Positions 18,770-27,919 are shown, counted from the first letter of the stretch. The stretch is 64,000 bases of DNA from a virus (IMGVR_UViG_3300042569_003232:1-64000); one strand, 5' to 3'. Translations and numbers: made by a program. The notes: generated by a model from the letters alone, not told the origin.

Positions 18770-18791
18770 GCCTTGGAAAATTTTCCAAGGC
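18770..18791. terminator. bidirectional hairpin terminator
   Basis: Perfect palindrome gccttggaaaattttccaaggc flanked by A and T runs, after the stop of the SPFH gene. Confidence 0.6.
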
Positions 18792-18807
18792 ATTTTATTC
18801 GTTTTTA

Positions 18808-19698
18808 TTACTTCACCATTTCATTAAAATTCATCAAAGGCTGAATTTCTCCTCCAATGAACTTTGGCAATTCTCCATTCCAACCTTCAATTGCCCGCAT
18901 CTTCAATACATCTGGATTAGCACGAATACTCTCGCCTTCTAGTTGAAGGGCTTTTGCCTTTGCTTTTGCTTCTGCTTCATATGCATATGCCTTTGCATCC
19001 GCCGCAATTTTCGTTTTTTCCGCTTCCATCGCAGACGCTTCCTTGTCTGCTCGCGCCTTTTCCACCTGTTGTTGCTGCTCTGTCTTAAACCTTGACAATT
19101 CTGCTTCTTGTTCTTGTGCTTTTTGTTCCCTGACCTTTTTAGCAGTTACTCCATCTTGGATAACCTTTGGCAAAATAACATCCCGTACCATAACCTCTTC
19201 AATTAGAATGCCTTTTGTAAGCATATACTTCGACAATTCTTCTGTCATTGAAACTTGAATTCTTTGTTGAGTTTCATTATTAAAAAATTCCTCTGCGGTT
19301 TTAACACTGCGACTTGCTTCACGAATCAAACTGCGGGTTTTTGGATCAATATGTCGAGCAATAATAGCATCCCTATCTCCCGTATTTTGATAAAGTTGTG
19401 GAGCACTCTTGCTGTCAATTCGCCACTTAATTGAAATATCTGCTTGAGAAGTTAGTTGATCCTGACTTGGAAAACTAATATCATCCAATGTATAAACATC
19501 TTGACGACAATCCAGATCATGAACTTTAGAAAGAGGATTCAAAAAGTGAATTCCTTCCGGCAAAGTTTCATTGCTAACTTTTCCAAAGGTTGTGACAACC
19601 CCTGTGTTTCCAGTTGGAACTTTGTGACAACTGGAAACTGTTAGGCAGAATGCAGCAAAAGCAGTAGTGAATGCGAGTGTAAATGTAACAGGATTCAT
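18808..19698 (-). CDS. SPFH/Band-7 (stomatin/HflC-like) domain membrane protein
   Basis: N-terminal signal/TM segment, Band-7 core (TGNTGVVTTFGKV...) and a C-terminal Ala/Glu/Lys-rich coiled coil. Confidence 0.65.
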   Translation of the reverse strand: MNPVTFTLAFTTAFAAFCLTVSSCHKVPTGNTGVVTTFGKVSNETLPEGIHFLNPLSKVHDLDCRQDVYTLDDISFPSQDQLTSQADISIKWRIDSKSAPQLYQNTGDRDAIIARHIDPKTRSLIREASRSVKTAEEFFNNETQQRIQVSMTEELSKYMLTKGILIEEVMVRDVILPKVIQDGVTAKKVREQKAQEQEAELSRFKTEQQQQVEKARADKEASAMEAEKTKIAADAKAYAYEAEAKAKAKALQLEGESIRANPDVLKMRAIEGWNGELPKFIGGEIQPLMNFNEMVK

Positions 19699-19740
19699 AG
19701 ATTTATTTTATTTTAGGTTTGTTGTTTTGTTTAGGGAAAC

Positions 19741-19815
19741 TGGTAGACCGTCAGGGATTCGAACCCTGTTCACCAGATTAAAAGTCTAGTGCTTAACCAT
19801 ACAAGCTCACGGTCC
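19741..19815 (-). tRNA. tRNA-Lys (anticodon UUU)
   Basis: Reverse complement: GGACCGT acceptor, GCTT-GTATGGTT-AAGC D arm, anticodon loop CTTTTAA, T arm CAGGG-TTCGAAT-CCCTG, encoded CCA. Confidence 0.85.
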
Positions 19816-19971
19816 AGATTATCAGAATATTTTTATTTCAATTTAACAGATTGATTTTTTTGGTTTGCTGTAAATATTCTTATTTGATTTTATCGTCCTT
19901 TTCGTTAAGATATGTAAATCTTAAATAAATCAGGGAAACACTAAAACAACCGCATTAAAGAGTTTTTGCTG

Positions 19972-20181
19972 TCATGCTTTTCGATTCCGCCGATAAAGTA
20001 GTGCCAATCCTGCAATTGTCAACAGAACAAATGGGGATTTTGGTTCTGGAACAACTTGGGGATAACACTGCCAAGTTGTTCCATTATAGTGGCAAACACC
20101 ATCTGGTCCACTGCCTCCAAGAGTTGATAGTTGAGCATGAGAAGTAAAAGTTAGTAGGATGAGGATAAGGATAGTTTTCAT
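19972..20181 (-). CDS. small secreted protein with a PEP-CTERM-like sorting signal
   Basis: N-terminal signal peptide (MKTILILILLTFTSHA), short two-Cys mature region, then VPEP, a hydrophobic segment and RRNRKA at the C-terminus. Confidence 0.5.
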   Translation of the reverse strand: MKTILILILLTFTSHAQLSTLGGSGPDGVCHYNGTTWQCYPQVVPEPKSPFVLLTIAGLALLYRRNRKA

Positions 20182-20187
20182 AAATTT

Positions 20188-20433
20188 TTATTCTTTTGTT
20201 TTATCTGTATTTTTATGGGGCCAATACTGATCGTTTATATCTACTAGAAGTATTGCTCCTGTAATCAGGAAAAAGATAAAATAGAAAATTACATCTCCCA
20301 TATTATTTTTAATCATAGCAGAAATAAGATGGGCGGTAATGAGAATCATTGCAAGAGAGTAATACCCAACCCAAAACTTTGCACATTTTTGAATGTTGGA
20401 GAAACACTTTTTGATTTGTTCGAATTTGTTCAT
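20188..20433 (-). CDS. small membrane protein
   Basis: 81 aa with two hydrophobic helices. Confidence 0.4.
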   Translation of the reverse strand: MNKFEQIKKCFSNIQKCAKFWVGYYSLAMILITAHLISAMIKNNMGDVIFYFIFFLITGAILLVDINDQYWPHKNTDKTKE

Positions 20434-20491
20434 AAGGTAAACATTTTAGAAGATTTTTTCCATACGTTTACCGTGCCTTGTAAGTAAAGAT

Positions 20492-21001
20492 ATGGAACAA
20501 GAAACAAGTACCACCGAAACACCCAATGTCAAGAAAAAAGCTCAAGTTAGTGATGAAGAATTTATCAATGTTGTGAAAACTAATTTTTCAATTTTATCTT
20601 GTTTGAAAGCATTGAATTTAGTTCCCGCAGGAGGAAATTATTTGTTTTTTCACAAAAGAGTCAAAAAGTTAGACTTGGATACTTCACATTTTACCGGAAT
20701 GGGTCACTTAAAAGGTAAAACTCATAATTGGGCACCAGAAATTTCAGTTGAAGATGCTTTTGTAATTGGTGGAAGTTTATCTTCTTATAAACTTCATCAA
20801 AAAATTAAAAAGTATAACTTGAAAGATTACAAATGCAGTTATTGTGGGATTTCCGAATGGAATGGAAAAGAACTATCTCTGCATTTAGATCATATTAATG
20901 GAATTAATAATGATAACAGATTAGATAATCTAAGGTTTCTTTGTCCTAATTGCCACAGTCAAACAGATACATATTGTGGTAAAAATAAGAAAAGAAAATA
21001 A
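20492..21001 (+). CDS. HNH homing endonuclease
   Basis: CSYCG...HLDHINGINNDNRLDNLRFLCPNCHSQ is a canonical HNH motif with a CxxC...CxxC zinc site. Confidence 0.8.
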   Translation: MEQETSTTETPNVKKKAQVSDEEFINVVKTNFSILSCLKALNLVPAGGNYLFFHKRVKKLDLDTSHFTGMGHLKGKTHNWAPEISVEDAFVIGGSLSSYKLHQKIKKYNLKDYKCSYCGISEWNGKELSLHLDHINGINNDNRLDNLRFLCPNCHSQTDTYCGKNKKRK

Positions 21002-21088
21002 TGGTAGGAGTGGCGGGACTCGAACCCGCACGGCCCAAGGCCAGGGAATTTTAAGTTCCCTATGTGCTACCAATTTCATCACACTCCC
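21002..21088 (-). tRNA. tRNA-Leu (anticodon UAA)
   Basis: 87 nt with a long variable arm, anticodon loop CTTAAAA, T arm GCGGG-TTCGAGT-CCCGC, encoded CCA. Confidence 0.8.
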
Positions 21089-21168
21089 AAAATTGTATTT
21101 TTACTGTACCACCGTTTTTTCTCTGGTCAACAGATTTCTGCTTTTCTTACTACTAAAATTCTTAAAAT

Positions 21169-21244
21169 TGGTGCGACATACAGGATTTGAACCTGTGACC
21201 CGAGAATTATGAGTTCTCCGCTCTAACCACTGAGCTAATATCGC
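21169..21244 (-). tRNA. tRNA-Met (anticodon CAU), second identical copy
   Basis: 76 of 76 nt identical to 8811..8886. Confidence 0.85.
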
Positions 21245-21313
21245 ATATTTCCATTACTTACTCTACCACACCTCTTTTCTTTGTCAACCCTTTTCTGCTA
21301 CTTTCTTGTGCTA

Positions 21314-21763
21314 TCAGCGGAAAATTTTCACACCTTGTACTGTTTGATTTTTCTTAACTACATTCAATACGTCTTCCACAAACTTATTCACTTCTTCAAG
21401 AATAATATTGCTTTTTTGAGGATTGGAACTACGATTTGTCATGCATTCAATCCACTTTTGTGTAATATACTCGCGGATTTTTGCATCATTAATATCTTCT
21501 GTTACGTCTTTTGTTTCAAAAAGAAACCAGTCATATGCTTTTTTGAAAAGATCAGAAATATATTTTCCTTCCAAATCCAAAGGAAAAATCTCGTTACTAA
21601 AATCCTCTGCTTCTTTTCTATAGAAACCGTTAGTCAATCCTTGTACAAGAGTTATGCCACCAGGTCTAGGACGAACTTTATCAATCATATACAATTCAAA
21701 ATTGTGAAAACACCAATCTTTGATTTGCCAAGTTTTTATTTGTACTTTAGTTTTCGGATTCAT
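21314..21763 (-). CDS. hypothetical protein
   Basis: 149-aa ORF. The plus-strand ORF 21281..21772 over the same DNA is judged spurious. Confidence 0.45.
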   Translation of the reverse strand: MNPKTKVQIKTWQIKDWCFHNFELYMIDKVRPRPGGITLVQGLTNGFYRKEAEDFSNEIFPLDLEGKYISDLFKKAYDWFLFETKDVTEDINDAKIREYITQKWIECMTNRSSNPQKSNIILEEVNKFVEDVLNVVKKNQTVQGVKIFR

Positions 21764-21778
21764 AAAATTTAATTTTTA

Positions 21779-22063
21779 TTAAGATTCATTAATATGAACA
21801 GCATGTGCAAGCAAATATTCGTAAACTTCTTTCAGTTTTTTAGCTTGTTCTATTCTTTCGTTTAATGCACTGTTGTATGCATCTGGACCTTGAACATAAT
21901 AATCCCGTGCATGGAATTGAATTTTATTAAATTCTTCTATTGCATCCTGTAATTTATTCAATGCATTATCATAATCTTCTAGTAGAGACTTTTTTCCAGT
22001 TCCGTTAAGATGAATAGTGGGAAGAGTGTTTGGCATGTCTTTTTCTCTGGTGTGAGTGAACAT
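21779..22063 (-). CDS. hypothetical protein
   Basis: 94-aa ORF. Confidence 0.4.
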   Translation of the reverse strand: MFTHTREKDMPNTLPTIHLNGTGKKSLLEDYDNALNKLQDAIEEFNKIQFHARDYYVQGPDAYNSALNERIEQAKKLKEVYEYLLAHAVHINES

Positions 22064-22104
22064 AGCATACCCTCTAGAGTTGTCGAGAGGTTTTTCGTCT
22101 TTTC

Positions 22105-22440
22105 TCAGAAAATGTGTCCCAATGTGTGGTTTGGTATATAATCCAAGGACAGTAAATAATTATTACGGAATGATACATGATATACATTTTTAGGAAAATA
22201 AATTAATGCAGTTAATTGATTGCCCTCACACCAGAAAGCATTTCCAACAGTTTTTGGTGAATACTTTAAGTTAATTAACAAATTGTGATTGCAATCAAAA
22301 CTTCCTCTAACAAATTCCAGTGTTCCTTTTAAACTAGTTAATTTATTAATACTGCAATCGAAATATCCAACATTTTTAGTTGTAATAATTTCTAATTTTC
22401 TTAAATTACGTTTTTGAAGGTAATAATCTATTGCACTCAT
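22105..22440 (-). CDS. LTSL-repeat family protein (about 3 repeats), C-terminal HLLTLDY-type tag
   Basis: FDCSINKLTSLKG / FDCNHNLLINLK repeats; C-terminus YLLSLDYIPNH. Confidence 0.6.
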   Translation of the reverse strand: MSAIDYYLQKRNLRKLEIITTKNVGYFDCSINKLTSLKGTLEFVRGSFDCNHNLLINLKYSPKTVGNAFWCEGNQLTALIYFPKNVYHVSFRNNYLLSLDYIPNHTLGHIF

Positions 22441-22443
22441 ATA

Positions 22444-23091
22444 TTATATTTTACGATTTGATGGGACGTAATCCATTGTTAATAAATGATTTTTTTTATA
22501 ATTTATATTATATGGATTTTTAGCAGAATAAATCAAACTCGTCAATTTATTAATATAACAAGAAAAATAACAAGAAGACTCTCCACCAATTCTTTTCGGT
22601 CCTCCTTTCAAAGTAATTAATTTATTATTCATACAAAAAAAACACCCATAAATATTTTTCGGACTTCCTTTCAAGTCAGTTAGTTCATTACTATAACAAC
22701 GAAAATTCCCATTTATAGTTTTCGGTGCTCCTTTTAAATTAATTAATTTATTATCACTGCAAGTGAAATGTCTGCCAACAGTTTCTGGACTTCCTTCTAA
22801 AGATGTTAATTCATTATTATCACAATAAAAATCCGCCCCGACTTCTTTCGGACCTCCTTTTAACGATTTTAATCTATTATATCTGCAATCAAAATCTCCA
22901 TCAATACGGGCTGGCGATCCTTCTAAACTAGTCAATCTGTTACTAAAACAATTATAGTCTTTTTTTACAAATTTTGGACCTCCTTTTAAGCTAATTAATT
23001 TATTAAAACTACCATCAAAACTTCCATTTATAATTTCTGGAATATTTTCTAACTTTTTTAAATTTTTATTATTAATATAAATGCTGCTCAT
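22444..23091 (-). CDS. LTSL-repeat family protein (about 8 repeats), C-terminal HLLTLDY-type tag
   Basis: N-terminal NLKKLENIPEII cap; repeats F-x-C-x-x-N-x-L-T-S-L-[KE]-G-x-P; C-terminus HLLTMDYVPSNRKI. Confidence 0.65.
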   Translation of the reverse strand: MSSIYINNKNLKKLENIPEIINGSFDGSFNKLISLKGGPKFVKKDYNCFSNRLTSLEGSPARIDGDFDCRYNRLKSLKGGPKEVGADFYCDNNELTSLEGSPETVGRHFTCSDNKLINLKGAPKTINGNFRCYSNELTDLKGSPKNIYGCFFCMNNKLITLKGGPKRIGGESSCYFSCYINKLTSLIYSAKNPYNINYKKNHLLTMDYVPSNRKI

Positions 23092-23094
23092 ATA

Positions 23095-23343
23095 TTATAG
23101 TTTATGATTTGATGGGACGTAATCCAATGTTAATAAATGATTTCTAGAATACAATAAAAGAATCATTTCTTTAGGACAATATAAAATGCTAGTTAATCTA
23201 TTATGGAAACATCCTAAATAACCCATAACAACTTTTGGAGAACCTTTAAGAGAAGTTATTTCATTGTAGTCACAATGTAACCCTTCAAAAAGCACTCTAG
23301 GAATATTTTCCAATTTTTTTAAATTTTTATAATAAAGATTCAT
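23095..23343 (-). CDS. LTSL-repeat family protein (about 2 repeats), C-terminal tag
   Basis: NLKKLENIP cap; C-terminus HLLTLDYVPSNHKL. Confidence 0.6.
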   Translation of the reverse strand: MNLYYKNLKKLENIPRVLFEGLHCDYNEITSLKGSPKVVMGYLGCFHNRLTSILYCPKEMILLLYSRNHLLTLDYVPSNHKL

Positions 23344-23347
23344 AAAT

Positions 23348-23752
23348 TTAAATTACTAAACTTGTTATGTAATCCATTGTCAAAAAATTATTTTCTCTGG
23401 TCCAGTATAACGCTACCGAATTCTTAGGAGAGTATATCATGCTAGTCAATTCATTTTCTACACAATGAAAAAAACATCCAACAACTCTGGGAGCACCGTG
23501 TAAAGTAGTTAATTTATTACAACTACAATTAAAACTTCTTCCTATTGTTCGTGGACTTCCTTTTAAATCGGTCAATTTATTATGAATGCAATAAAAAGAA
23601 CCCCAAACGCTTTTCGGACCTCCCTCTAAAGACGTTAAATGATTCTCGCTGCAATCAAAAATTCCATCTACATGTTCTGGAATATTCTCTAACTTCTTTA
23701 GATTTTTATTACTAATATAAACATCATTCATAAATTTTACAATTTGGAACAT
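23348..23752 (-). CDS. LTSL-repeat family protein (about 4 repeats), C-terminal tag
   Basis: NLKKLENIPEHV cap; C-terminus FLTMDYITSLVI. Confidence 0.6.
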   Translation of the reverse strand: MFQIVKFMNDVYISNKNLKKLENIPEHVDGIFDCSENHLTSLEGGPKSVWGSFYCIHNKLTDLKGSPRTIGRSFNCSCNKLTTLHGAPRVVGCFFHCVENELTSMIYSPKNSVALYWTRENNFLTMDYITSLVI

Positions 23753-24128
23753 AATCAGTTGTTAATAAATGATTTTCAGTAAAAACCACGGTACGCATAG
23801 TTTTAGGCGAGTATAAAAAATCAGTTAATTTATTACCTCTAATAAAAAACCCGCCTCCTATAAATCTTGGACCTTCTTTTAAAGTAGTTATTTTATTATG
23901 TTTACAAACAAAAAATTCACCAATTCTTTTTGGGCATCCCTTTAAACTAGTCAAATAATTCCAACTACAATTCACATATCCATCTACAATTTCTGGTGAT
24001 TCTGGAAAAATTTTATACTTTTCATTAAAAATCCAAATACATTTCATATTTTTACATATTTCTACAATAATTTGGAAAATAATCTCTTGATAAAAGATGA
24101 TTTTGTGCCGACCAAAAATAATGCGCAT
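23724..24128 (-). CDS. LTSL-repeat family protein (about 3 repeats), C-terminal tag
   Basis: C-terminus HLLTTDYVPNCKIYE. Confidence 0.55.
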   Translation of the reverse strand: MRIIFGRHKIIFYQEIIFQIIVEICKNMKCIWIFNEKYKIFPESPEIVDGYVNCSWNYLTSLKGCPKRIGEFFVCKHNKITTLKEGPRFIGGGFFIRGNKLTDFLYSPKTMRTVVFTENHLLTTDYVPNCKIYE

Positions 24129-24492
24129 TTTTAGGAGAATATAACAAACTAGTTAACTTATTTTCGTCACAATAAAATGTGTCTCCGACGAATTTAGGTG
24201 CTCCTTTTAAGCTAATTAGATTATTCATACTGCAAACGAAATCTATCCCCGTACTTTCTGGTCCTCCTAATAAATTGGTTAAAAAATTACTCCTGCAATT
24301 AAACATCCCCTTTACAATTTTCGGTGAACCATTTAAATTAGTTAAATGGTTATCCCGACAGTGAAAATTTCCATATATAATTTCTGGAATATTTTCCAAT
24401 TTTGTTAGACTTCTATTATCAAGGGTCAAATTACTCATCTTCGTTCTCTTGTGGCTTATGCACATCCGTTTGCATAGCATACTTTTCTCCAA
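24052..24492 (-). CDS. LTSL-repeat family protein (about 4 repeats), C-terminal tag
   Basis: SLTKLENIPEII cap; C-terminus HLLSRDYFPNY. The likely start is the internal Met (MSNLTL) near 24438. Confidence 0.55.
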   Translation of the reverse strand: MEKSMLCKRMCISHKRTKMSNLTLDNRSLTKLENIPEIIYGNFHCRDNHLTNLNGSPKIVKGMFNCRSNFLTNLLGGPESTGIDFVCSMNNLISLKGAPKFVGDTFYCDENKLTSLLYSPKNAHYFWSAQNHLLSRDYFPNYCRNM

Positions 24493-24874
24493 GAGAAATA
24501 TACATAAATGAGTAAACTCCTCCGAACAGCCAGCACAATGCAGACCAGTACCATTGATGAAATCCTAGCAACAGAATATAGAGTATAGTCAATAAAACTA
24601 CTATAATTTTACTAATCAAAAAATAAGCAGGAGGTTTCTTTGTTGCCGATTGATTAATATGTTTACAAAGAAAATAATAAACAATTGAAACCGGAATAGT
24701 GCAAAGGAAAAGAAAGTTGTAGCCATATGCCATATATTTTGCCACAACATTATTATAAATTGTTGCAAGATGAATGGTTACAAGAGGAATTAGGAATATT
24801 CCAAAGGAAATTATTTTATTAAATATTTTAATCATAATTTTTATTATTAAAAAGGGGTGGAAGAATTCTTCCAC
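24431..24874 (-). CDS. polytopic membrane protein
   Basis: Four hydrophobic segments. The listed N-terminus reads through the terminator hairpin, so the likely start is an internal Met near 24835. Confidence 0.4.
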   Translation of the reverse strand: MEEFFHPFLIIKIMIKIFNKIISFGIFLIPLVTIHLATIYNNVVAKYMAYGYNFLFLCTIPVSIVYYFLCKHINQSATKKPPAYFLISKIIVVLLTILYILLLGFHQWYWSALCWLFGGVYSFMYISLGEKYAMQTDVHKPQENEDE

Positions 24875-24884
24875 CCCTTTTTCT
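24854..24884. terminator. hairpin terminator
   Basis: ggggtggaagaattcttccacccc palindrome followed by T runs on both strands. Confidence 0.55.
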
Positions 24885-24895
24885 TGTTTTTTGTT

Positions 24896-25162
24896 TTATG
24901 CCAGATTCACATTCTTTTGCCGATCCCCTACAACTTTCATAATGTTGTGCTTTGTCTTAAAGACTTCCGCAGGATGATTAGCCACCCATGAATTATCTTT
25001 CGTAAATTCATAAAATGTTTCTTCTGTCATTCTCGCTTTGATTCGTACAATCAACGCATCCCAGAATTCACCAAGTTTATTTTGTGGCTGGTCATAAACT
25101 TGATCATAAACCCTGTTGTATACTGGTTCAACAACAGTTTCGGAATTTTCTGGCGTTTCCAT
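24896..25162 (-). CDS. hypothetical protein
   Basis: 88-aa ORF. Confidence 0.4.
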   Translation of the reverse strand: METPENSETVVEPVYNRVYDQVYDQPQNKLGEFWDALIVRIKARMTEETFYEFTKDNSWVANHPAEVFKTKHNIMKVVGDRQKNVNLA

Positions 25163-25199
25163 AATATAATTTTTCTAAATTAGTTAATTGAATTAATTA

Positions 25200-25556
25200 T
25201 TAGTCTGCAACGTTGCGTTTAGCCATTGCAAAATAGTCAAACTCTTGTTGCATATCAATTTCCCATTCTCCCGGAGGAATTGGAATTGCGGTATGACGAT
25301 CAGCAATTACGCATTGCACACTGGTTTCGGTTTCATTCTTCATAAACCGACGAGTTTTCGCGGAATTATGATAAAACTTTACACCGGGGTTATTCATGAT
25401 AACATGGTGATTGCCAGTGACTTCACTGTTTGCAATAATAATTTGTTTATCATGATGTTGTTCTGGGATTGCATCCTCGGGAATTTTTGATTGGAAAATC
25501 AAGCATTCACCGTGAACGATTCCTTTTGTTTGATTATCTGTTGGGTCTGTATTCAT
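25200..25556 (-). CDS. hypothetical protein
   Basis: 118-aa ORF, His-rich. Confidence 0.4.
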   Translation of the reverse strand: MNTDPTDNQTKGIVHGECLIFQSKIPEDAIPEQHHDKQIIIANSEVTGNHHVIMNNPGVKFYHNSAKTRRFMKNETETSVQCVIADRHTAIPIPPGEWEIDMQQEFDYFAMAKRNVAD

Positions 25557-25594
25557 ATATTTGTATTTATGGGATTTTTAGTTTGAGTGGATTT

Positions 25595-26635
25595 TTATGC
25601 AATTCCAATGATATTAATCTTACGATCATTGAAACGGAAATTAATGGCATCTTCCAAAGTTTTACATCTAGGATCAACTGCTTCAACATGCCAAACTCTT
25701 GTGGTTTGATTCAGCATCTTCAAGTGGGGAGCATAATCAACTCCGGGGAACAAGCAATTCATATCATGTAGTTCGTATTCGCTATTCGTCCACCATTCAT
25801 TGTCATAGTTTTCGTAGGTATCCAGTTTAGATCCGAATGAAAGCATTCGCTCAATTCCGACCTTTCGGATAAATTCCATACGAACATCGGCATTCGTAAT
25901 TTCAGTATAGCGATTAATGTCGATTTGACTGGAATGAGTGTTTGCCAACCAATCAGGAACAACAACACCGTTAATACAATAGTAATTCAAATCTCCATAT
26001 CCAGCATAAGAAATAGCAGGACCGCTATCATTATGGAATTGTTTATTCGCATTAAATTTCAATGTAGTGACTTTTTGGGAAGCAATTGCTACTTTATCCA
26101 TAAAGTAAACTGCACCCAATTGTGACATTTCCTTCCAGATAAGATACTTTTCCCGATATTCACCCAAATCGTCATTACAAAGATCCATGTAAAAATCAAA
26201 GAATGTATGGCTCAAAGAGTCAAGGCTACCTCCGAACAATGGATAGAAAAACTTGCCAATTTGAACCTTTTCAGTTTTATCGAAATTGTCAATTTCTTCA
26301 ACAAAAGGAACAGCTTCGAAATAATTTTTAATGTTTTCCTTAATACTGTTAATTGGATAACCTGCTTCAATAAAATGGGAAGCAACCCAGCCTTCAAGTG
26401 GATTATCTACAATAACTACCGGAGTTTTCGGAACTTCCAAAAAGATTTCTTGGAATTTATGAATTGTATCCACAGTCTGATCATAATCAAGACGATTTGT
26501 GGACAAAGCATTCTTAAATGCTTCAGCGAAAATGCTTGGAACTTTTTCGGTATTAATGTCGCTTAGTTTCATAGATTGGTTTGGTGATGGGTCTATTATA
26601 CACGGGGAAAAAGGGTTGTCAACGATTTTCTGCAT
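25595..26635 (-). CDS. hypothetical protein (346 aa)
   Basis: Long ORF with normal composition; no motif recognised. Confidence 0.5.
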   Translation of the reverse strand: MQKIVDNPFSPCIIDPSPNQSMKLSDINTEKVPSIFAEAFKNALSTNRLDYDQTVDTIHKFQEIFLEVPKTPVVIVDNPLEGWVASHFIEAGYPINSIKENIKNYFEAVPFVEEIDNFDKTEKVQIGKFFYPLFGGSLDSLSHTFFDFYMDLCNDDLGEYREKYLIWKEMSQLGAVYFMDKVAIASQKVTTLKFNANKQFHNDSGPAISYAGYGDLNYYCINGVVVPDWLANTHSSQIDINRYTEITNADVRMEFIRKVGIERMLSFGSKLDTYENYDNEWWTNSEYELHDMNCLFPGVDYAPHLKMLNQTTRVWHVEAVDPRCKTLEDAINFRFNDRKINIIGIA

Positions 26636-26897
26636 TTCTTCTGCTAAATTTCTCGTAAAATATGGAACCGTGATTAGGAACGTAATCCAAAGAAATTAAA
26701 ACATTAAATTCTGCTGAAAACTTGTGGGATGTTTTTGGAGAATATAATAAAGTTGTTAGTTTATTTCCCTGACAATAGTAAAACTGTGTATGTACAAATT
26801 TTAAACCTCCTTTTAAACTAGTTAAATTAAAATAACTATAATAGCATGTTCTACTAACATTCTTTACCGAAACGGTTATTATATTCATAAATATCAA
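26619..26897 (-). CDS. LTSL-repeat family protein (about 2 repeats), C-terminal tag
   Basis: C-terminus VLISLDYVPNHG. Confidence 0.55.
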   Translation of the reverse strand: MIFMNIITVSVKNVSRTCYYSYFNLTSLKGGLKFVHTQFYYCQGNKLTTLLYSPKTSHKFSAEFNVLISLDYVPNHGSIFYEKFSRRNAENR

Positions 26898-27232
26898 AAG
26901 TTGAAATTGTAGTACAAAATTATCGAATTCTCAGGAACATAATCCAAAGAAATTAAAACATTAAATTCTGTTGAAATATACCCTTTTATTTTTGGACAAT
27001 ATAAAAAAGTGGTCAATTTATTATTATGACAATTAAAATTTCTTTTCACGAATTTCAAAGAACCTTTTAAAGTAACTAATTCATTATAAGAACAATCAAA
27101 CCGACCGTGGATAAATTCTGGACTTCCCTTTAGATTACTTAAATAATTACCGCTGCAATCAAAAGAACCTTCCACTATTTTTGGAAAATTCTGTAATTCA
27201 GATAATCCTTTGTTAAAAACATCAACACTCAT
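26894..27232 (-). CDS. LTSL-repeat family protein (about 3 repeats), C-terminal tag
   Basis: LSELQNFPKIV cap; C-terminus VLISLDYVPENS. Confidence 0.6.
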   Translation of the reverse strand: MSVDVFNKGLSELQNFPKIVEGSFDCSGNYLSNLKGSPEFIHGRFDCSYNELVTLKGSLKFVKRNFNCHNNKLTTFLYCPKIKGYISTEFNVLISLDYVPENSIILYYNFNF

Positions 27233-27239
27233 GTTTAAA

Positions 27240-27500
27240 TTAATAGCTTATAAAATTATTTGAATAATCCAGAGTCAAAAAATTATTCCAGAATATAATC
27301 ATGTTAGCCTGTCTTTTAAAAATTATATTTATTTTCGTAACTTTAGGAGAAAACAAAGGACTTGTTAAATGGTTTTCCACCGCATATATATTATGTGTAT
27401 ATTTTGGGCATCCTTTTAAACTAGTCAACAGTTTTCTCTCACAATAGAATATTCTATCTACATTTTCAGGATAATTGTAAAATGTCAAATCGGTTTTCAT
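27240..27500 (-). CDS. LTSL-repeat family protein (about 2 repeats), C-terminal tag
   Basis: C-terminus FLTLDYSNNFISY. Confidence 0.5.
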   Translation of the reverse strand: MKTDLTFYNYPENVDRIFYCERKLLTSLKGCPKYTHNIYAVENHLTSPLFSPKVTKINIIFKRQANMIIFWNNFLTLDYSNNFISY

Positions 27501-27511
27501 ATTTTATACAG

Positions 27512-27907
27512 CTATTTAACAAGAGGAATATAATCCAATGAAAGAAAATGGTTGTTGTGATCATATTTTCTAGTTCCGAGCAATTTAGGAAAAAATAATA
27601 AATTAGTTAACCGATTATCATTAATAGCTAAACGCCATCCTACAAATTTTGGTCCTCCCTTTAAAGTAATCAAATTATTTCTAGCACATTCAAAATCTAA
27701 TCCAACTTCTTCTGGACCTCCAATTAAATCTGTTAGATAATTTAGATGGCACCAATAACTATTAACAACAATTTTCGGACCTCCTTTTAGACTCTTTAGA
27801 GAATTAGAACTACAATCAAAACTCCCCTCAATTTTAAAATATTCATTGTGTAATTCTTTTAAACCGAGTAACGATACATTATAACTTCCATCTTTAACTT
27901 TTTTCAT
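27512..27907 (-). CDS. LTSL-repeat family protein (about 4 repeats), C-terminal tag
   Basis: C-terminus HFLSLDYIPLVK. Confidence 0.6.
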   Translation of the reverse strand: MKKVKDGSYNVSLLGLKELHNEYFKIEGSFDCSSNSLKSLKGGPKIVVNSYWCHLNYLTDLIGGPEEVGLDFECARNNLITLKGGPKFVGWRLAINDNRLTNLLFFPKLLGTRKYDHNNHFLSLDYIPLVK

Positions 27908-27919
27908 ATATTAGGTAAT

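Noticed and set aside
21281-21772. 163-aa plus-strand ORF
   Set aside because: It is antisense to the 149-aa minus ORF 21314..21763. Its translation is Phe/Ile/Cys-rich low complexity, whereas the minus ORF has normal composition.
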